Part shown: positions 20,501 through 35,500 of the stretch, one piece after another
How the letters are laid out: each line of letters starts with the position of its first letter
Position numbering within the stretch: position 1 is the stretch's first letter
Source of the DNA: Planctomycetota bacterium
GTDB lineage: Bacteria; Planctomycetota; UBA8108; SXIK01
NCBI GenBank assembly: GCA_965223265.1
Contig: OZ244999.1
Coordinates: 6,688,001-6,752,000, forward strand
Reading direction: 5' to 3'
Length of the DNA stretch: 64,000 nucleotides
Translations under genes and position numbers: made by a program
The notes under the pieces: generated by a model
Told to the model about the DNA's origin: nothing
The model's database searches: none
Seen by the model: the letters and a program-made list of their open reading frames with translations, nothing else

Positions 20501-23500
20501 TCCAGTGTCGCCACCGTGTTCGCCGTGCCTACCGGAGCATCGTTGACTGAAGCTACCGTTAGATTCACCGTGGTACGAGTCTGATTCGACGTTAGGTCAG
20601 CGACCTGCGTGCTGCCAAGCTCCGTGCTGAAGATCTGGAGTGAATCGAGAAAGCCGCCGAAACGTCGGTCCGGGTCGAAATCCTGGCGCACACCGACATA
20701 AGCGTTGCCCGCCGGGTCCACACCGTCTGAGCCTCGAGAGTCGCTGGAAGCGAACGTGCCGTCAACGTACACACGCGCTCCGGTCGCACCAACGGTCAGT
20801 GTGTAAGTGTGCCACTGGCCGTCGCCAACGAGCGCGTTGATATCGACCTCGAGAGCAAAATTGTCCAGAGTATCGTTACCATCCCGGACCACCGTCCGCA
20901 GCATTCCCGGAGATGTCGCGTGTGCGTCCTCGACGATGAAGACGTTAAGACTATTGAAATCGTTGATATCGCCATGGCTGTAGAGGTACTGAAATAGGCC
21001 ACCGTTGATTTCGTCGACTTTGAACTCGAGCGAGAGCGTGAACTCACTGTTGTACGAGATGTCCGGAAGTTCTACGTATTCGCCGCTGACTTCATCGAAG
21101 CCGAGCGCACTCCCGAAGTCACCCGCGACGGTGCTCGTGCCATTGAGCGTGCCGTCCGCACCGCCGATCGCATCCACCGCGTTGCCGTCGAATCCCCAGT
21201 AGTTCTGCACCCCAGCACCCGCGTCCGCGACGACGTAATCGAAGCTATCTGCACCCAAGAAACCCGGGTCTGGAGTGTAGGTCAACGTTCCATCGCCGTT
21301 ATCGATCACCGAACCGTTCGCCGGCTGTGTGAAGTCAACGACCGAGATCGCATCTCCATCTGCGTCCGTGTCATTGGTCGTTGGATCGAAGACGAGCGGA
21401 GTGTCCTCGTCAGTGTTGAGAGAGTCTGCCACCGCGACGGCGAGGCTGTTGGACACTGGAAGTGCGGCGATCACGTTTAACGAGAATTCAGATGTCGATC
21501 CGTACGCCAATCCGTCGTCGACACCAACCTGACCTGCATCCGTGATCTCCGTCGCGGTGGCTGAGATTCGGTCGGCAGCAGGGACTCCGACTCCGAATAG
21601 CGTCGTGTCAATCGTCGCATCGCCGGATCCATCCGTCGTGACACTCACAGTGCCAAGGTAGACACTCCCCTCTCCGTGGCCGCTGGCGTCCTCGGTGCCC
21701 AAGGGGCTGTTGAAAAAGTCGATGCGGTACTCTGCAGCGACCTTGGTGCTGAGCGTCCCAACGACGTGAAGATCACTCCCCAGCACTTCGGCAAGCGTCA
21801 ACACCGGAAAGTTCTGCAGGTCGTTGCCACCCAAGTCTGCGTCGCCCCCGTCGTTCGCGGTGACGAAATCACCAGTCATCGTTGCATTTGCGCTCAGATC
21901 GATTCCCAGGTCGCCGTTGCCAAAAATCTGGTTTCGCAGGAACGTGTGTCCAGACGCTCCTGTGAGGACGACGATTCCATCACCCGAGTTCCCAGAAACC
22001 TCATTGTCACGAACTACCGAATCGATTCCGGCGCGGATTCCGATCCCGGCGGTCTGATCTGCATCACCAAAGCCGTTGCCCTTGATGACGTTGTTTTCGA
22101 CGATGATGTTCGAGAGCGCACCAGACGCGAAATCGATACCGAAGCCGCTGTTACCGATGACTTCGTTTCCAGAGATCAAGAGGCCAATAGCGCCGTTGAG
22201 GAGCGTGACACCGTCACCTATCGTCGCGACAGCTCCATTGTCTCTCAAAACGCTGTTGCTGACTTGTCCACCACTGGTGCTGTCGAAGACGATTCCCACT
22301 TCCCCGCTTCGGGTGACCGTCACTCCGTCGATGAGCGCGTTGTCACCCGTGACGACAATTCCGTGGCCCGTCGGTGCCGCCGTGGCAACGCCATTGATGC
22401 CGATGGAGTAGATCGACACGTCATCTGCTACGACGTCGAAGCCAGGCCCTGCAACAGTCTCCGTATAGTCGACCACAACTTCGGGGCCCGTCGTGACTTC
22501 CACGACCGCTGGATTGTTATCGCCTGAGAACGACTCCTGGGTTCGGCCGTCAATGACAACTGCGTCGGTGATCGCCGGCAGAGCGGAACTGACCGTGATC
22601 GTGTGCAGCGCGGCTCCAGGGATGTTGAAGTGGATCTCGTCAGGTGTAGCTCCGTTAGCCGTGTTGTTCGCCGCTATGATCGCCTCACGCAGTGAGATCA
22701 AACCATCCCCCTTCGTCGCCGCAAGATTCGCAATGCTGGAGGTATCACCGTTGACCAGATCGTCTGTGGTGTCTACGATCACGATGGATCCTGTCATCGC
22801 CACGAGACTGACAGCAAACTCCGACGTCGATGACGTCGTGAGATCCGTCGCTGTCGCACTGACGAATTCTCCTGCGGCTACCGTCGCGCTGAGCGAGAGG
22901 CCAAAACTTCCGCTGCCGGCGCCATCCGTCGTGACGGTGAGAGACCCGAGGTAGCGCTCTCCTTCGCCGCTGCCACTGCCGTCAACTGATGCGTTGGCGA
23001 ACAATTCAATCCGAAAGGCCCTGGAAGCGGTACTTTCAAGCGTTCCCGAGATTGACAACGTTCCTACGCCATCGGTGAAAGCGGTCGCGATCACCGGAAC
23101 ATTCTGCAGTCCATTCGCTCCGACGTCCCCGTCGCCGGCGTCGTTCGCAGTCACTCCGAACCCGTCTTCGCTACCGCCGACCAGATCGACTCCAAGGCCA
23201 ACGTTCGAGTGGATGGCATTCCCAAGGATGCTCACTCCAGAGGCCGCGCCGCGAACCTCGATCCCGTTCTCGCCGTTGAAGGCGATCACGTTCCCTTCAC
23301 CGGCAGCGGTGCTGCCGATGGCTACCCCGGTCCCCTCAACGCGAATACCGTCGCTGCCATTCGCCACTGGCGACGTCCCGGTGGCGTCGGTGCCGATCAA
23401 GTTGCCGAAGATGTCGCTGCTCGTGCTCCCGACCACGACATCGATTCCCCATCGGGTGTTGCCGGAGATGACGTTCCCCAAAGCCCCAGCTCCGCCGATC

Positions 23501-26500
23501 GTGTTCGACGACGAACTGCCCGTCAGCCGGATCCCCAGGTCGTTGGCCACGGCTCCTGTTCCGCTAGCATTCGTTCCGATGTAGTTGCCGTACACGACGT
23601 TGTTGGCCGTGGCCATGGCCAGTCCTGTTTGCACGTTGCCGGAGATCACATTGCCTTCGCCCGGTGCGCTGCCACCAATGGTGTTGCCGTCAGCGCCCGT
23701 GGAGAGAAACACACCCTCGCCCTGGTTCGAAACAGCAGACGATCCGGTGACGTCGGTACCGATGAGATTGCCGAGAAGCGTGTTCCCCGTCGTGCCTGCG
23801 TCCGAGAGATTGACGCCCTGGTTCAGGTTGCCTGAGATCAAATTACTCTCGCCGACCCCGGAGCCTCCAATCGCGTTGTTCGCAGACCCGCTGCGCAGAT
23901 TGATTCCGTCTTGACCGTTGCCTAAAGCACTTGTGCCAGCTGCGTCCGTACCAATGCGATTGCCGAGAATGGAGTTGTTCGAGGCCCCGCTCAGACTAAT
24001 GCCATTCTGTGTGTTCCCTGAAATCACGTTGTCGCGGAGCGTGTTGCCGTCGGTGAACAGGGCAACACCGTTCGCGCCATTGCCCACGGACGCCGAGCCT
24101 GCTGCGCTGACGCCGATGTAGTTCCCCAAAACGGTGTTGCTCGTCGCGGACGCGCCTGTGATCTGCACACCATCATCGTCGTTTCCTGAGATGACATTGC
24201 GGTCCGTCGCTAGAACACCGCCAATGATATTGTTTGCCCCATCGCTCACTCTGACGCCGTCCGTCGCGTTGCCAAGATCGACAGCTCCGGTGACGTCGGT
24301 GCCGATGTAGTTGCCCACGATCGAGTTGCCATCGGAACTTGTGATCTCAATCCCGTCGTCGCCGAATCGATTGATCACGAGCCCACGGACCGTGCTGCCG
24401 TCGCTCCCTGCCGTGAGTCGCAGGCCGTCGACCGCGCCGGCCGAAGCTCCATCCAGCTCAATGACAGGTGAACCGGAGAAGTCTGGTTCAGTCGTCCCGT
24501 CGATCACAACCGCGTCTGTTATGTCTGGGAGCGCCGAGGCAAGCGTGATGGTGTGAGGTCCGACACCAGAGATATCGAAGTGAATTTCATCCGGCCCACC
24601 TGTATTGGCTGTGTTGTTCGCAGCGATGATCGCCTCACGCAGCGAGATGAGCCCGTCGGCTCCACGGTTTGCCGCAAGTGCCGCGATCGAAGACAGGTCG
24701 GGCGCGTTGACGACGTCGCTGGCGGTATCCACGACAACGATGCTCACTGCTTGGACGCTCATCGAAAACTCAGATGTGTCGCTCGTACCTGAGTCCGTCG
24801 CTGTCGCGGAAACGAATTCTCCTGCTGCGACCGCGGCACTCACGGTCGCCTCAAAGCTGGCGTTGCCACTTACATCCGTTACAACGTTCGCAAAGCCGAG
24901 GTAGACCTCGCCCTCGCCATGGCCTGAAGCGTCTACAGCGGCGGTCGAGAAGAATTCGACGCGAACCGCCGTCGACGCGGTCGTGTTGAGCGTACCGCGG
25001 ACAAGTACCGTGGTGCCGGTTGTACCAACACCCGTAAGCACTGGAAAATTCTGTAGATTGTTGGCACCGCTATCCCCATCACCCGTGTCATTCGGCGTCA
25101 CGATCCCGTCGCCCGACAAGTCTATGCCGAGCTGACCGTTCGCGTAGATCGAGTTCCCCGAGATCTCGTTCCCCGCGCCAGCCGTTGGGGCCAATCTAAC
25201 GCCTACGCCGTTGTTGTTCGCAATGATGTTGCCCGCGCCAGGGGCAGTACCGCCAAGCGTATTGCTGGCCGCATTGTCGCCGACGAACACTCCGTCCTGG
25301 AGGTTGCCAAACGCGACCGTCCCAGTGCTGTCCGTGCCGATGAAGTTACCCTGCACAACGTTTCCGGTGGTACCGGAATTCGTCAGAATCAACCCTTCGA
25401 ACGTGTTCCCCGAAAGAACGTTACTCGCCCCGGGAGTCGTACCACCGATCGTGTTTCCTGTCGCGCCGCCGTTGATCGTGATGGCGCGGGTATTCGGCAG
25501 CACACCCGACTCTCCCGCGTTGAGACCAACGATGTTGCCTTCGACAACGTTGCCGCTGGAGGTGTTAAAAATCCAGAGCGCGGCGCCGGAGTTCCCGGAG
25601 ATCACGTTGCCCTCTCCCGGCGCGGCGCCGCCGATCTGGTTGTTGTCACTCAGCGACATTTGAATTCCACCGATGTTGGCGATCGCCACACTACCAGTGG
25701 CGTCGGTGCCGATGTAGTTCCCCTGAATCGTGTTGCCGTCGGAGGACGTCAGACTCACGCCCGCCGATCCGTTTCCAGAGATCACATTGCGCGCCTCTGG
25801 CGAGTCACCGCCGATCAAGTTCCCGGCGGAGGAATTCGTGATCTCGATCCCTTGCGATCCGTTACCGAGAATGACGGCGCCGCTGAGGTCAAGGCCGATC
25901 GTGTTGCCCTGGACGACGTTGTTGCTCGTCTGGCTCATGTGAACGCCTCGGGACGTGTTCCCCGAAATGACGTTTCCGGCGCCGGGCGCAGTGCCGCCGA
26001 TCGTGTTGCTAGCAGCATTGCCGTTGATGGAAACACCGTTGCCGCTGTTTCCGATGGCGCTTGAACCTCCGACGTCCGTACCAATCAAATTGCCGAGGAC
26101 GCTGTTACCGTCGGAGCCGGCGCCGGTGATCTGCACCCCACCCCCATCGTTTCCGGAGATGACGTTGCCCGCGCCCACTCCTGTGCCACCGATCGTGTTT
26201 CCTGTCGACCCCGACGCGACGTTGATGCCGTTGAGGTTGTTTCCGAGGTCCTGGGTCCCCGTCACATCAACCCCGATGAAGTTTCCGATGATGTTGTTAC
26301 CCGTGACACCAATCAGTCGGACGCCGTATTGGTCGTTTCCCGAAATGACGTTTCGGTCAACGGACGAAACACCGCCGATGACGTTGTTGTTGGAGCTGAG
26401 GGAGATCAGAATTCCATCTAAGGTATTCCCCAGATCGATCGTCCCTGTCACATCCGTGCCGACGTAGCTTCCGGCGATCGTGTTGCCGTCTCCCGTGCCA

Positions 26501-29500
26501 AGTTGAACACCGTCAGACGAGAATTGGTTGATGACGAGCCCACGCACGGTGCTGCCGCCGCCCAGTACTCGGAGGCCCTCCATGCCGCCACCGACGAGGA
26601 GGCTGCCGTCAATTTCGATGACCGGCTTGCCGTTGAATCCCGTTTGAGTGGCTGCGTCGAGAACGACGGGGTCGTTGAGAGATGGTAGCTCTGTGGTGGT
26701 CACTTGGATGCGCCACCAACTGTAGCCGACCCCACCTGGATAGTCAGGGTCGAAGTCGACGATACTAGCATCGTCGAGCGTCGTCGCTGCCACTGTCGTC
26801 AGCGAATTCGCGATCCCGTCGTCTTGATAGTAGAGATGGTTAGGATCTGACAGGGGAATGTCGAACTGAATCTCGTCGGGCGAGATGCCGTTCGCGGAAG
26901 CATTCGCAGCGATGATGGCCTCCCGTAGCGACACCAATCCATCAGGCCCCTTGTTGCCCATGAGCGCGGCGATCGACGAGAGGTCGGGAGCGTCGGCAAC
27001 ATCGCTGGTGGTGTCGACGACCACCGCAGTTACCGCCTGAACGTTGGCGGCGAACTCCGAAGTATCGCTCGTCGTCAAGTTGGTCGCAGTGGCCGAGATG
27101 AAGTCTCCGGCCGCCACGCTAGCGGTCAACGACACACTGAAGCTCGCGTTTCCGGTCGCGTCCGTCGTCACGTTCGCGAATCCAAGGTAGGTTTCGCCTT
27201 CGCCGTGGCCACTGCCGTCGGTCACAGCGTTCGAAAAGAACTCCACTCGTAGCGTCGTGGACGCGCTTGTGTCGAGGCTGCCATGGATCCGAATCGTCGT
27301 GCCGGTCGTGCCTGCGTTCGTCAGCACTGGGTGATTCTGAAGATTGTTTGCCCCCGCGTCACCGTCGCCAACGTCGTTGGCGTCGACGGTGCCATTCGCG
27401 TCGAGATCAATCCCGAGACTACTATTGGCGAAGAATGAATTGCCGAGAATCTGATTCCCCGTCCCCGACAAGATCTGCACGGCGTTCAGGTTGTTCGCAA
27501 TGACGTTGCCATCGTTTGCTCCGGTGCCGCCGATCGTATTGTTGGAGGCGCTCATCCGGATGCCGTGGCCGTTACCGAAATCTCCGCTACCGTTGATGTC
27601 GACTCCGATGTAGTTGCCACGAATGACATTTCCTGAAGACGCCGTGATCTCCATGCCAGCGAAGCTGTTAGAGGAAATCACGTTCCGCTCACCCACTGTC
27701 GCACCGCCGACGATCGAATTGCTCGAAGTGATCAGGACGATGCCGGAAAAGCCGTTGCCGAGCGCTGACAAGCCATCCGCCGACAGCCCAACGAGATTGC
27801 CCTGAATGACGGTGCCATCTGCAGAGCCAGAGACCATGAGTCCATTGCTCGAGTTCCCCGAGATCAAGTTCTCGATGACTTGCGTACCGGCCGCGCCGGA
27901 GATTGTGACCCCGGTTGAGTTCGAGATCGCTGCGGATCCTAAGGAGTCCGTACCGACGTAGTTGCCTCGGATGATGTTGTCGTCAGATCCAACGGTGGTG
28001 ACGGCGATCCCCGTTGAGCCATTGCCGGACACGACGTTCCGTTGGTCGGAAGTCGTACCACCGATCGTATTGTTGTTCGCACCGTTGGAGATAGCGACTC
28101 CGTCCGCATTGCCAAGAGCCGCGGTTCCTGTCACGTCGAGGCCGACCAGGTTTCCACGCACAGTGTTGAAATCAGCGTTGGTGATCTCGATTCCTGTTGA
28201 GTCATTGCCAGAGATCAAGTTGCCCGCTCCAGCGACTCCGGTACCGACGCTGTTCCCCGAGGCGCTGTTGGCAATCCGCACGCCGACAAAGAGGTTGCCT
28301 CGATCGAGAAGACCAGTCACATCCGTGCCGATGAGATTGTTGACGATTGAATTGCCGCTCGTCCCCACACCTTCGAACTGGACGCCGTGGACGTCGTTAC
28401 CCGAAATGACGTTCCCCGCAGCGCCCAAACTTCCGATGACATTGCTTGAAGCACCTAGGGAGAGGTGGACTCCGTCGCCGCCGTTGCCGCGCACGATGTC
28501 GCCGTCCGCAGCCAACCCAATGAAGTTGGCCTGGATGACGTTCGAGCTTGTGCCGATGCCTGATATCTCTATGCCGTCGCCATCATTGGCGGAGATCACA
28601 TTGCGTTCGCTGACGCTGCCGCCGATCTGGTTGCTCTGTGCGCCGGCTTCGATCCTCACTCCGTCCAGCGAATTGCCGCGCTCGCCCGCGCCGTCGGCTG
28701 CCAGGCCGATGTAGTTCCCCTGGAGCAGATTGCTGTCAGCACCCGCGCCGGTGATCAGAATGCCGTTGCCGCCGTTCGCCGAGATGATGTTGCGCTCGGC
28801 GATGTCTGCCCCACCGACGCGCCCGCCGCTACTGCCAGCGGATATTTGGATCCCGTCACCGCCGTTGGGAAGCGCAGAAGAACCGTTGAGGTCAAGGCCG
28901 ATGACGTTGTCCGTGACCACGGTATTCGTGCCGAAGATGGCAATCCCATCGTCAGTGTTGGCTGAGATGACATTCCCGTCGACGAGTGTGCCGTCTGCCG
29001 TGGCCGAAATCGTGACACCAACGTCGTTGCCGAAAGTCCCAGTGCCAGCGCCGTCAACACCGATGTGGTTAGCCTCGATGCGAACGTTGTCGGCGTTGAC
29101 GACGATGCCACTCTCTCCAATGTCGGCGAAACCGCCAATCGCGAACCCCTTGACGCGGACACCGTCTGCGTCGATGACGAGACCATCATCGCTGACACCG
29201 CCAGCCGTGCCGTCGAGGACGATGACCGGTAGGCCAGCGTAATCCGGCTCGGTCGTGGCATCGATGAAAAGGGTATCTGAGATGGCCGGCAACGCAGAGC
29301 CGACCTGAATCGTGTGCGCACCCCCCACAAGTGGATCGCTGATGTTGAACTGAATGACGTCTGGTCCAGCCGTGCCGTTCGTGGCAGTGATCGCCTCACG
29401 CAGCGAGATCCTGCCGTCACCGCCAACATCTCCCAGCAGATTCGCCACAGTTGACGGATCCGGCGCGTCGATCGTGTCGCTCGTCGTGTCGACGACCAAC

Positions 29501-32500
29501 ACCGCACCGGAGGCAGCCGCCAAACTGAGTGAAAACTCTGAAGTGTCGTTTGTCGTCAGGTCAGTCGCGGTCGCAGAGATCACCGCCCCTGGAGCGACTA
29601 CGGCAGAAAAAGTGGAACCAAAGGTCGCGTCACCCAGGACGTCCGTAGTGACGTTGACGGATCCGACAAAGACCTCTCCTTCTCCGTAGCCGGAGCCGTC
29701 ACCTACGGTACTAGCGTAGAACTCGACGCGGAAGGTGCGTGAAGCCGTGCTGTCAAGCGACCCACTGAGATAGATCGTGTCCAGCCCGTTTGTGATTGCA
29801 GCGTCTACAACCGGAAAATTCTGCAGCGCGTTCGGACCGGTGTCAACGTCGCCGGCATCGTTGACCGTCGGACCGGTCGCCCCAAGATCTATCCCAAGCG
29901 CTCCGTTGGAGTGAATGGAGTTGCCAAGAACGGCGTTCCCCGCCCCCGCGGAGTCAACGAAGACTCCTCGTGCAGAATTATTGGCGATCGTATTGGCCGT
30001 GCCAACTGCCGTTCCGCCAACAGTATTGTTCGCGGCTCCGTTGACGATGCGGACTCCGTTGTTGGCATTGCCAATCGCAATGGCGCCCGTGATATCGGTG
30101 CCGATGAAGTTCCCCTCGGCAACGTTGCCGTCGGTTCCCGCGTCGCCGAATTGCAAGCCATCGTCGAGATTGCCAGAAAGGACGTTCGCCGCTCCTGCCG
30201 ACGCGCCGCCGACCGTGTTGTTGGCGGCTCCCAGCTTGATCTGGACTCCGTCGTCTCCATTCCCTAGAGCCACTGCGCCCGCCGCGTCGGTGCCAACGAA
30301 ATTGCCTTGGATGACGTTGTTGTCCGTACCGACTCCAGTGACAACGATGCCATCGCTAAGGTTCCCAGAGACGAGGTTGCCCGCTCCAGAGACTGTTCCA
30401 CCGATCGTGTTCGATGCGGCAGCGTTGGAGATCACGATACCGGCGAGCGAGTTTCCAATCGCCAGGCTACCAGTGACGTCGGTACCGATGTAGTTGCCCA
30501 AAAGGACGTTGCCCGATGTGCCAGCGTCTTGAAACTCGACTCCGTCGTTGTCGTTTCCAGAGATGATGTTCCGCGCCCCGGCAGTCGTGCCGCCGACGGT
30601 GTTGCCGGTGGCGCCGCCGCGGATCTCGACCCCCTTGCCGGTGTTGCCGAGATCGACGCTTCCGGTGACGTCGACACCGATGAAGTTTCCAAGCACGGTG
30701 TTGCCTGTCGCAGCGACGCCGATGATCTGGACGCCACGTCCGGTGTTTGCCGAAACAACGTTGCGATCGGCTGGGTTCATGCCGCCGATCGTGTTGAGAG
30801 ACGATTCCACCAGGATGCCATGGCCGCCGTTTCCGATGGCGATGGTGCCAGACACATCCGTACCGATGTACGAACCGACCACGGAATTCGCACTTCCCGA
30901 GCTGATCGCAATGCCTTCGTCCCCAAATCCGTTGATCACCAGTCCGCGCAGAGAGGAGGCGGACGTGGAGAACTTCACACCGTCAGCGGTCGGCCCTGCC
31001 AGCGCGCCATTCAGTTCGATCTTGAGAATGGCGTCGGAGACCCCAGGCGCCGCAATTGTGTTTTCCTGCGCCCCGGACTGCGTGTAGCCGTCAATGACTA
31101 CTGGATCCGTCAGCGTCGGCAAATCCGTCGTCGGCTGGATCGTGAACCAACTGAAAGGAGTGCCGACGTAGTCAGGGTCAAAATCGACAATCGACCCGTC
31201 GTCGAGAGTCGTTGTCGAGATCAACGTCAGCGAGTTGGCGATGCCATCGTCCTGATAGTAGAAGTGATTGGCGTCTCCCAGAGGAATGGCGAAGTGGATT
31301 TCGTCAGGTCGACCCGAGTTCGCCGTATTGTTGACCGCGGTGATCGCCTCACGCAGCGATATGTGGCCGTCGGCACCACTGTCTGAGAGAAGAGCAGTGA
31401 TCGACGAAAGATCCGGCGCATCCGCAACGTCGCTCGTGGTCGTCACGACGACGGCGGCGCCTGCCTGGACGTTCGCCGCGAACTCCGACGTCGCACCGTA
31501 GTCTCCGCCGCCCAAGTCGACCGTCGCGGTGGCGCTAATGTAGTCGCCGGCGGCCACCGCAGCGCTCAAAGCTGTAGAGAAAGTAGCGTCGCCATTGGCA
31601 TCAGTCGTTACGCTGGTGAAACCAAGATACGTCTCACCCTCGCCGCTGCTCGATCCGTCCGAGGTCGTGTTCGAGAAAAACTCGATGCGCAGTGTCGTGC
31701 TCGCCGCGCCGTTGAAACTGCCGCGGACGACGATTTCGCTTCCCGTGGTGCCTGCGCTCGTGATGACAGGCGAGTTTTGCAGGCCGTTCGCACCGACGTC
31801 GGCGTCGCCGACATCATTCGCGGTGACGTCGAACGCGTCTTCCGTTCCACCGATGATGTCGATCCCTAAATCGCCGTTGGAGTAGATCGAGTTACCGAGA
31901 AACGTGTTGTCGACACTGCCAGCAACCGAGACGACAATCCCGTCGTTGGCGTTAAATGCTATGGTATTGCCTGCACCCGCCGCGGTGCCGCCGATCGTCT
32001 GACCGGACGACGAGCTCATAAGCACGCCGTGTTGCCCATTCCCGAGATCGAGCGTCCCCGTTTTGTCGGTGCCAATGAAGTTGCCGACAACTTGATTCCC
32101 GCTGCCGGATCCGAAGAGAGTCACGCCGTTGACGTTGTCCCCGATGACGTTGGCGTCGCTGAAACTCGTCGAACCGACCACATTGCTCGCTCCGCCGCTG
32201 ACGAATACACCATTACTTGTGTTACCAAGCGCAAGAGTGCCGCTTACGTCGACTCCAAGATGGCTTGCGACGATGGTGTTGGAGTCTGAGAGAATGAGGA
32301 CACCGTTACCGGACGCGCGGTTGATCGTCAGCGCACGAAGTGTACTCCCCGAGCTGGCGGCCTGCAGCTCAAGACCATCACCGGGTCCGGCAGACGAGCC
32401 ATCGATCTCGACGATCGGAGCGTCGACATACCCAGGCTGCGAAGACCCGTCGATTACGACCGTGTCGGTGATCGCGGGCAGCGGTGAGGTCGGAGCGATG

Positions 32501-35500
32501 CTCCACCAGCTTCTCGCGAAGTCAGGGTCGGGGTTGACCAGCGCTGCGTCCGTGGCCGCGGTCGTCGCCGTGACGTTTGCCAGTGACACTTGCCCAGCGA
32601 CGCCGTCGTCGACGTAGTAGAAGTGCCCCGCGTCAATCGCCGGAATGTTGAAGAGAATCGACACCGTACCCCCCGTAGCGTTGGCGGCCAGGATCGCCTC
32701 AGGCAACGAGATACCGTCGCCTCCATCGCTCGCAATGAGCGACGCGACGGAAGTCGTGACTCCATTGACAGCGTCGCTGGTCGTTGTCACGGTGAGGATC
32801 AACGGCGTCGTCGCGAGGTTTTGCGCAAACTCCGACGTGTCGGCGTAGGTGTCGGCGCCTGTCTTGACCGTCGCTGTCGCCGTGACTAACTCGCTAACGG
32901 CGACGGTAGCGCTCAGGGTGACGTCGAAAGTCGCGCTGCCGCCTCCATCCGTGGTCACCTCGGTGAAACCGAGTAAGTTCTCTCCTTCGCCGTGACTTGG
33001 GACGGTAGAGGTATCGCCGGTCACGTTGGCGAAGAACTCGATGCGGAAAGTTGTCGCCGCCGTACTCGACAGAGAGCCAGAGATGGTGACCGAGTCCACA
33101 CCGTCGGTTCCCGCGTAATCGATCACCGGGAAGTTCTGGAGGTTGTTCGAGCCAACGTCGATGTCACCCGCGTCGTTGGCAGTCAATCCGTCCGCGGTGC
33201 TCGTGTTGCTAAGATCGATTCCGAGACCGCTATTCGAGTGGATCGTGTTGCCGAGAATGGCATTCCCTGCCCCGTCGAAGACGAACACACCTTCGTCGCC
33301 GTTGCCGACGATGACGTTCCCTTCACCGACCCCTGTTCCGCCAATCAGATTGTTATTCGACGGCGGATTTCCACCAACCGAATCGCCGAAGACGACCACA
33401 CCTTCGTCAGTGTTGCCGATGAGAACTGTCTGTGTCGCGTCGTAGCCGATGATGTTGCCTTGGACGACGTTCCCATCGGAGCCGTCGGTGATCGTGACGC
33501 CGTCGTCGTCGTTCCCGGAGATGAGGTTGTTGAGGACGAAGTTGCCGTCCCCGAAGAAAATGTTGATGCCATCGCCAAGGTTGCCGAGGTCAAACGCCCC
33601 GTTGACGTCGGTGCCGATGTAATTCCCCTGGATCACATTGCCGGTGCCAAGATCGATACCGACACCAGAGAGGGTGTTCGCGGAGATAATGTTTCGATCA
33701 CTGACGTTGGGCCCACCGATCGTGTTGTTGTTGCCACCGTCAATGTTGACGCCGGTCGCCTCGTTGCGGAGCGACGGCACGCCGGTGCCGGCCGCGTCCG
33801 GTCCAATGTAGTTGCCGGCGATGGTGTTGTTATCGCCTGTGATGTAGATACCGTCGTCGCCGAACTGACTGACGATGAGGCCGCGGATCGTGCTGTCGTT
33901 CGTATTCAACACCAGGCCGTCGATGCCAACGGCAGTCGAGCTGCCGTCGAGCTCGACGACAGGCGCACCGGCATAGCTCGGCTCACTGGTGCCGTCGATG
34001 ATGATGGGGTCGGTGATCGCCGGCAGCGCACCGAGCCCGGTCGAATCGACCACGATGGTGTGCGGCCCGCCACCCGCGATGTTGAAGAGGATCGTGTCCG
34101 TGCCAATGGTCGCATTCGCGGCGGTGATCGCCTCGCGGAGAGAGATTTGCCCGTCCACGCCTGGATTCGAGAGCAGCGCTGCCACCGAGGATGTATCCGG
34201 AGCGTCGAGCGTGTCCGCAGTCGTGTCGACGACAAGAGCCGTCACGAGTCGGGCGACGAATGCATCCTCGGCGCCGCCAAGCGGCCCGTGAGTGATCGGG
34301 CCGGCAACGGAATCGAAGACGGTGTTCGTCGTGTGGCCGGAGACTGATGCTCGACCGTCCGTGTCGACTGCGATGCCCGTGGCAACGTCGGTGCCGGTGC
34401 CGCCAAGGAAAGTCAAATAATGCAAACGTTCCAGGTCGGCTGAGAAGATCGCAGCGAAAGCATCCGTCCCACCGTCGAAGTCGCCGTCGTGAGCATGTGG
34501 TGTAGCTGGGAGGTTAGAAGAAGCCGTCGATCCGACGACATGCACTCGCCCAATCGCGTCGACGAAGATTTCACGCGCGTCGTCGTTATCACTGCCTCCC
34601 AAGAACGTCGAGGCGACAAGCGTCGCCGCACCGCTTTGGGTTGTGTCGATCCGCAGGACAAACGCCTCCTCGGCGCTGTCGAACGAAGTGTCGAATCCAT
34701 CGACCGTGGTCGGGAACAGAGGCGACGCGGTCTTTCCTGTAACGTAGACGCTTCCGTCTGCGGCGAGAGCCACCGCGAGCGCCTCGTCAACTCCGACGTC
34801 ACCTAGGAACGTTCCATAGAGGAGCGAGGTACCGGAACTTTCAAGAACGGCCAAGAAACCGTCGGACGTTCCGCCGCCGAACGTCGAGTCGAACGCATTT
34901 GGCGTCGCGAAATCGGTCGAGTCGGTGATGCCGGTGATGTAGATGTCGCCGGCGGTATCCACCGCGACGTCAGTCGCGTTGTCGACCGCGCTGCCACCGA
35001 GATAGGTCGATATGAGCAGCGACGAGTCGCCTGACTGTGAAGAGTCAAACGTGGCAACCCAGGCGTCGTCCGTCCCATCGAGAACGGTATCGTACGCACT
35101 GCGTGTTGTCAGGTCCGAAGATGTGGTGCCTCCCACTACGTACGTGATGGCGGCGGCATCGACGACGAGGTCTCCCACTGACTCGGAACCCGTTCCACCA
35201 AAGTACGTAGAGTAGTCGAGTGTGTTGCCGCTGGAGTTGATGCGGGCGACGAAAGCGTCGTTTGTGCCGGAAAGACTGCCTTGGAAGGCACCAGAGACCG
35301 GCAGGTCGTTCGAACTTGTCGTCCCGGCGAAGTGAACGTTACCGCTCGCGTCGACGGCAATCCCCTCGACGCTGTCCGCCGCCCCGCCACCAAAGTAGAG
35401 CGAGTAGAGCAGACTTCCGGTCGCGTCCAACTTCATCACGAACCCGTCCTGGCCACCAGCTGGGGTGAGCCCTAGCGTGCCCGCGGTCGGGAAGTCGGTA

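Noticed and set aside
12607-20545. CRISPR array or non-coding repeat
   Set aside because: Units are 396 bp, in frame and protein-coding, with no repeat-spacer structure and no cas genes in the window.
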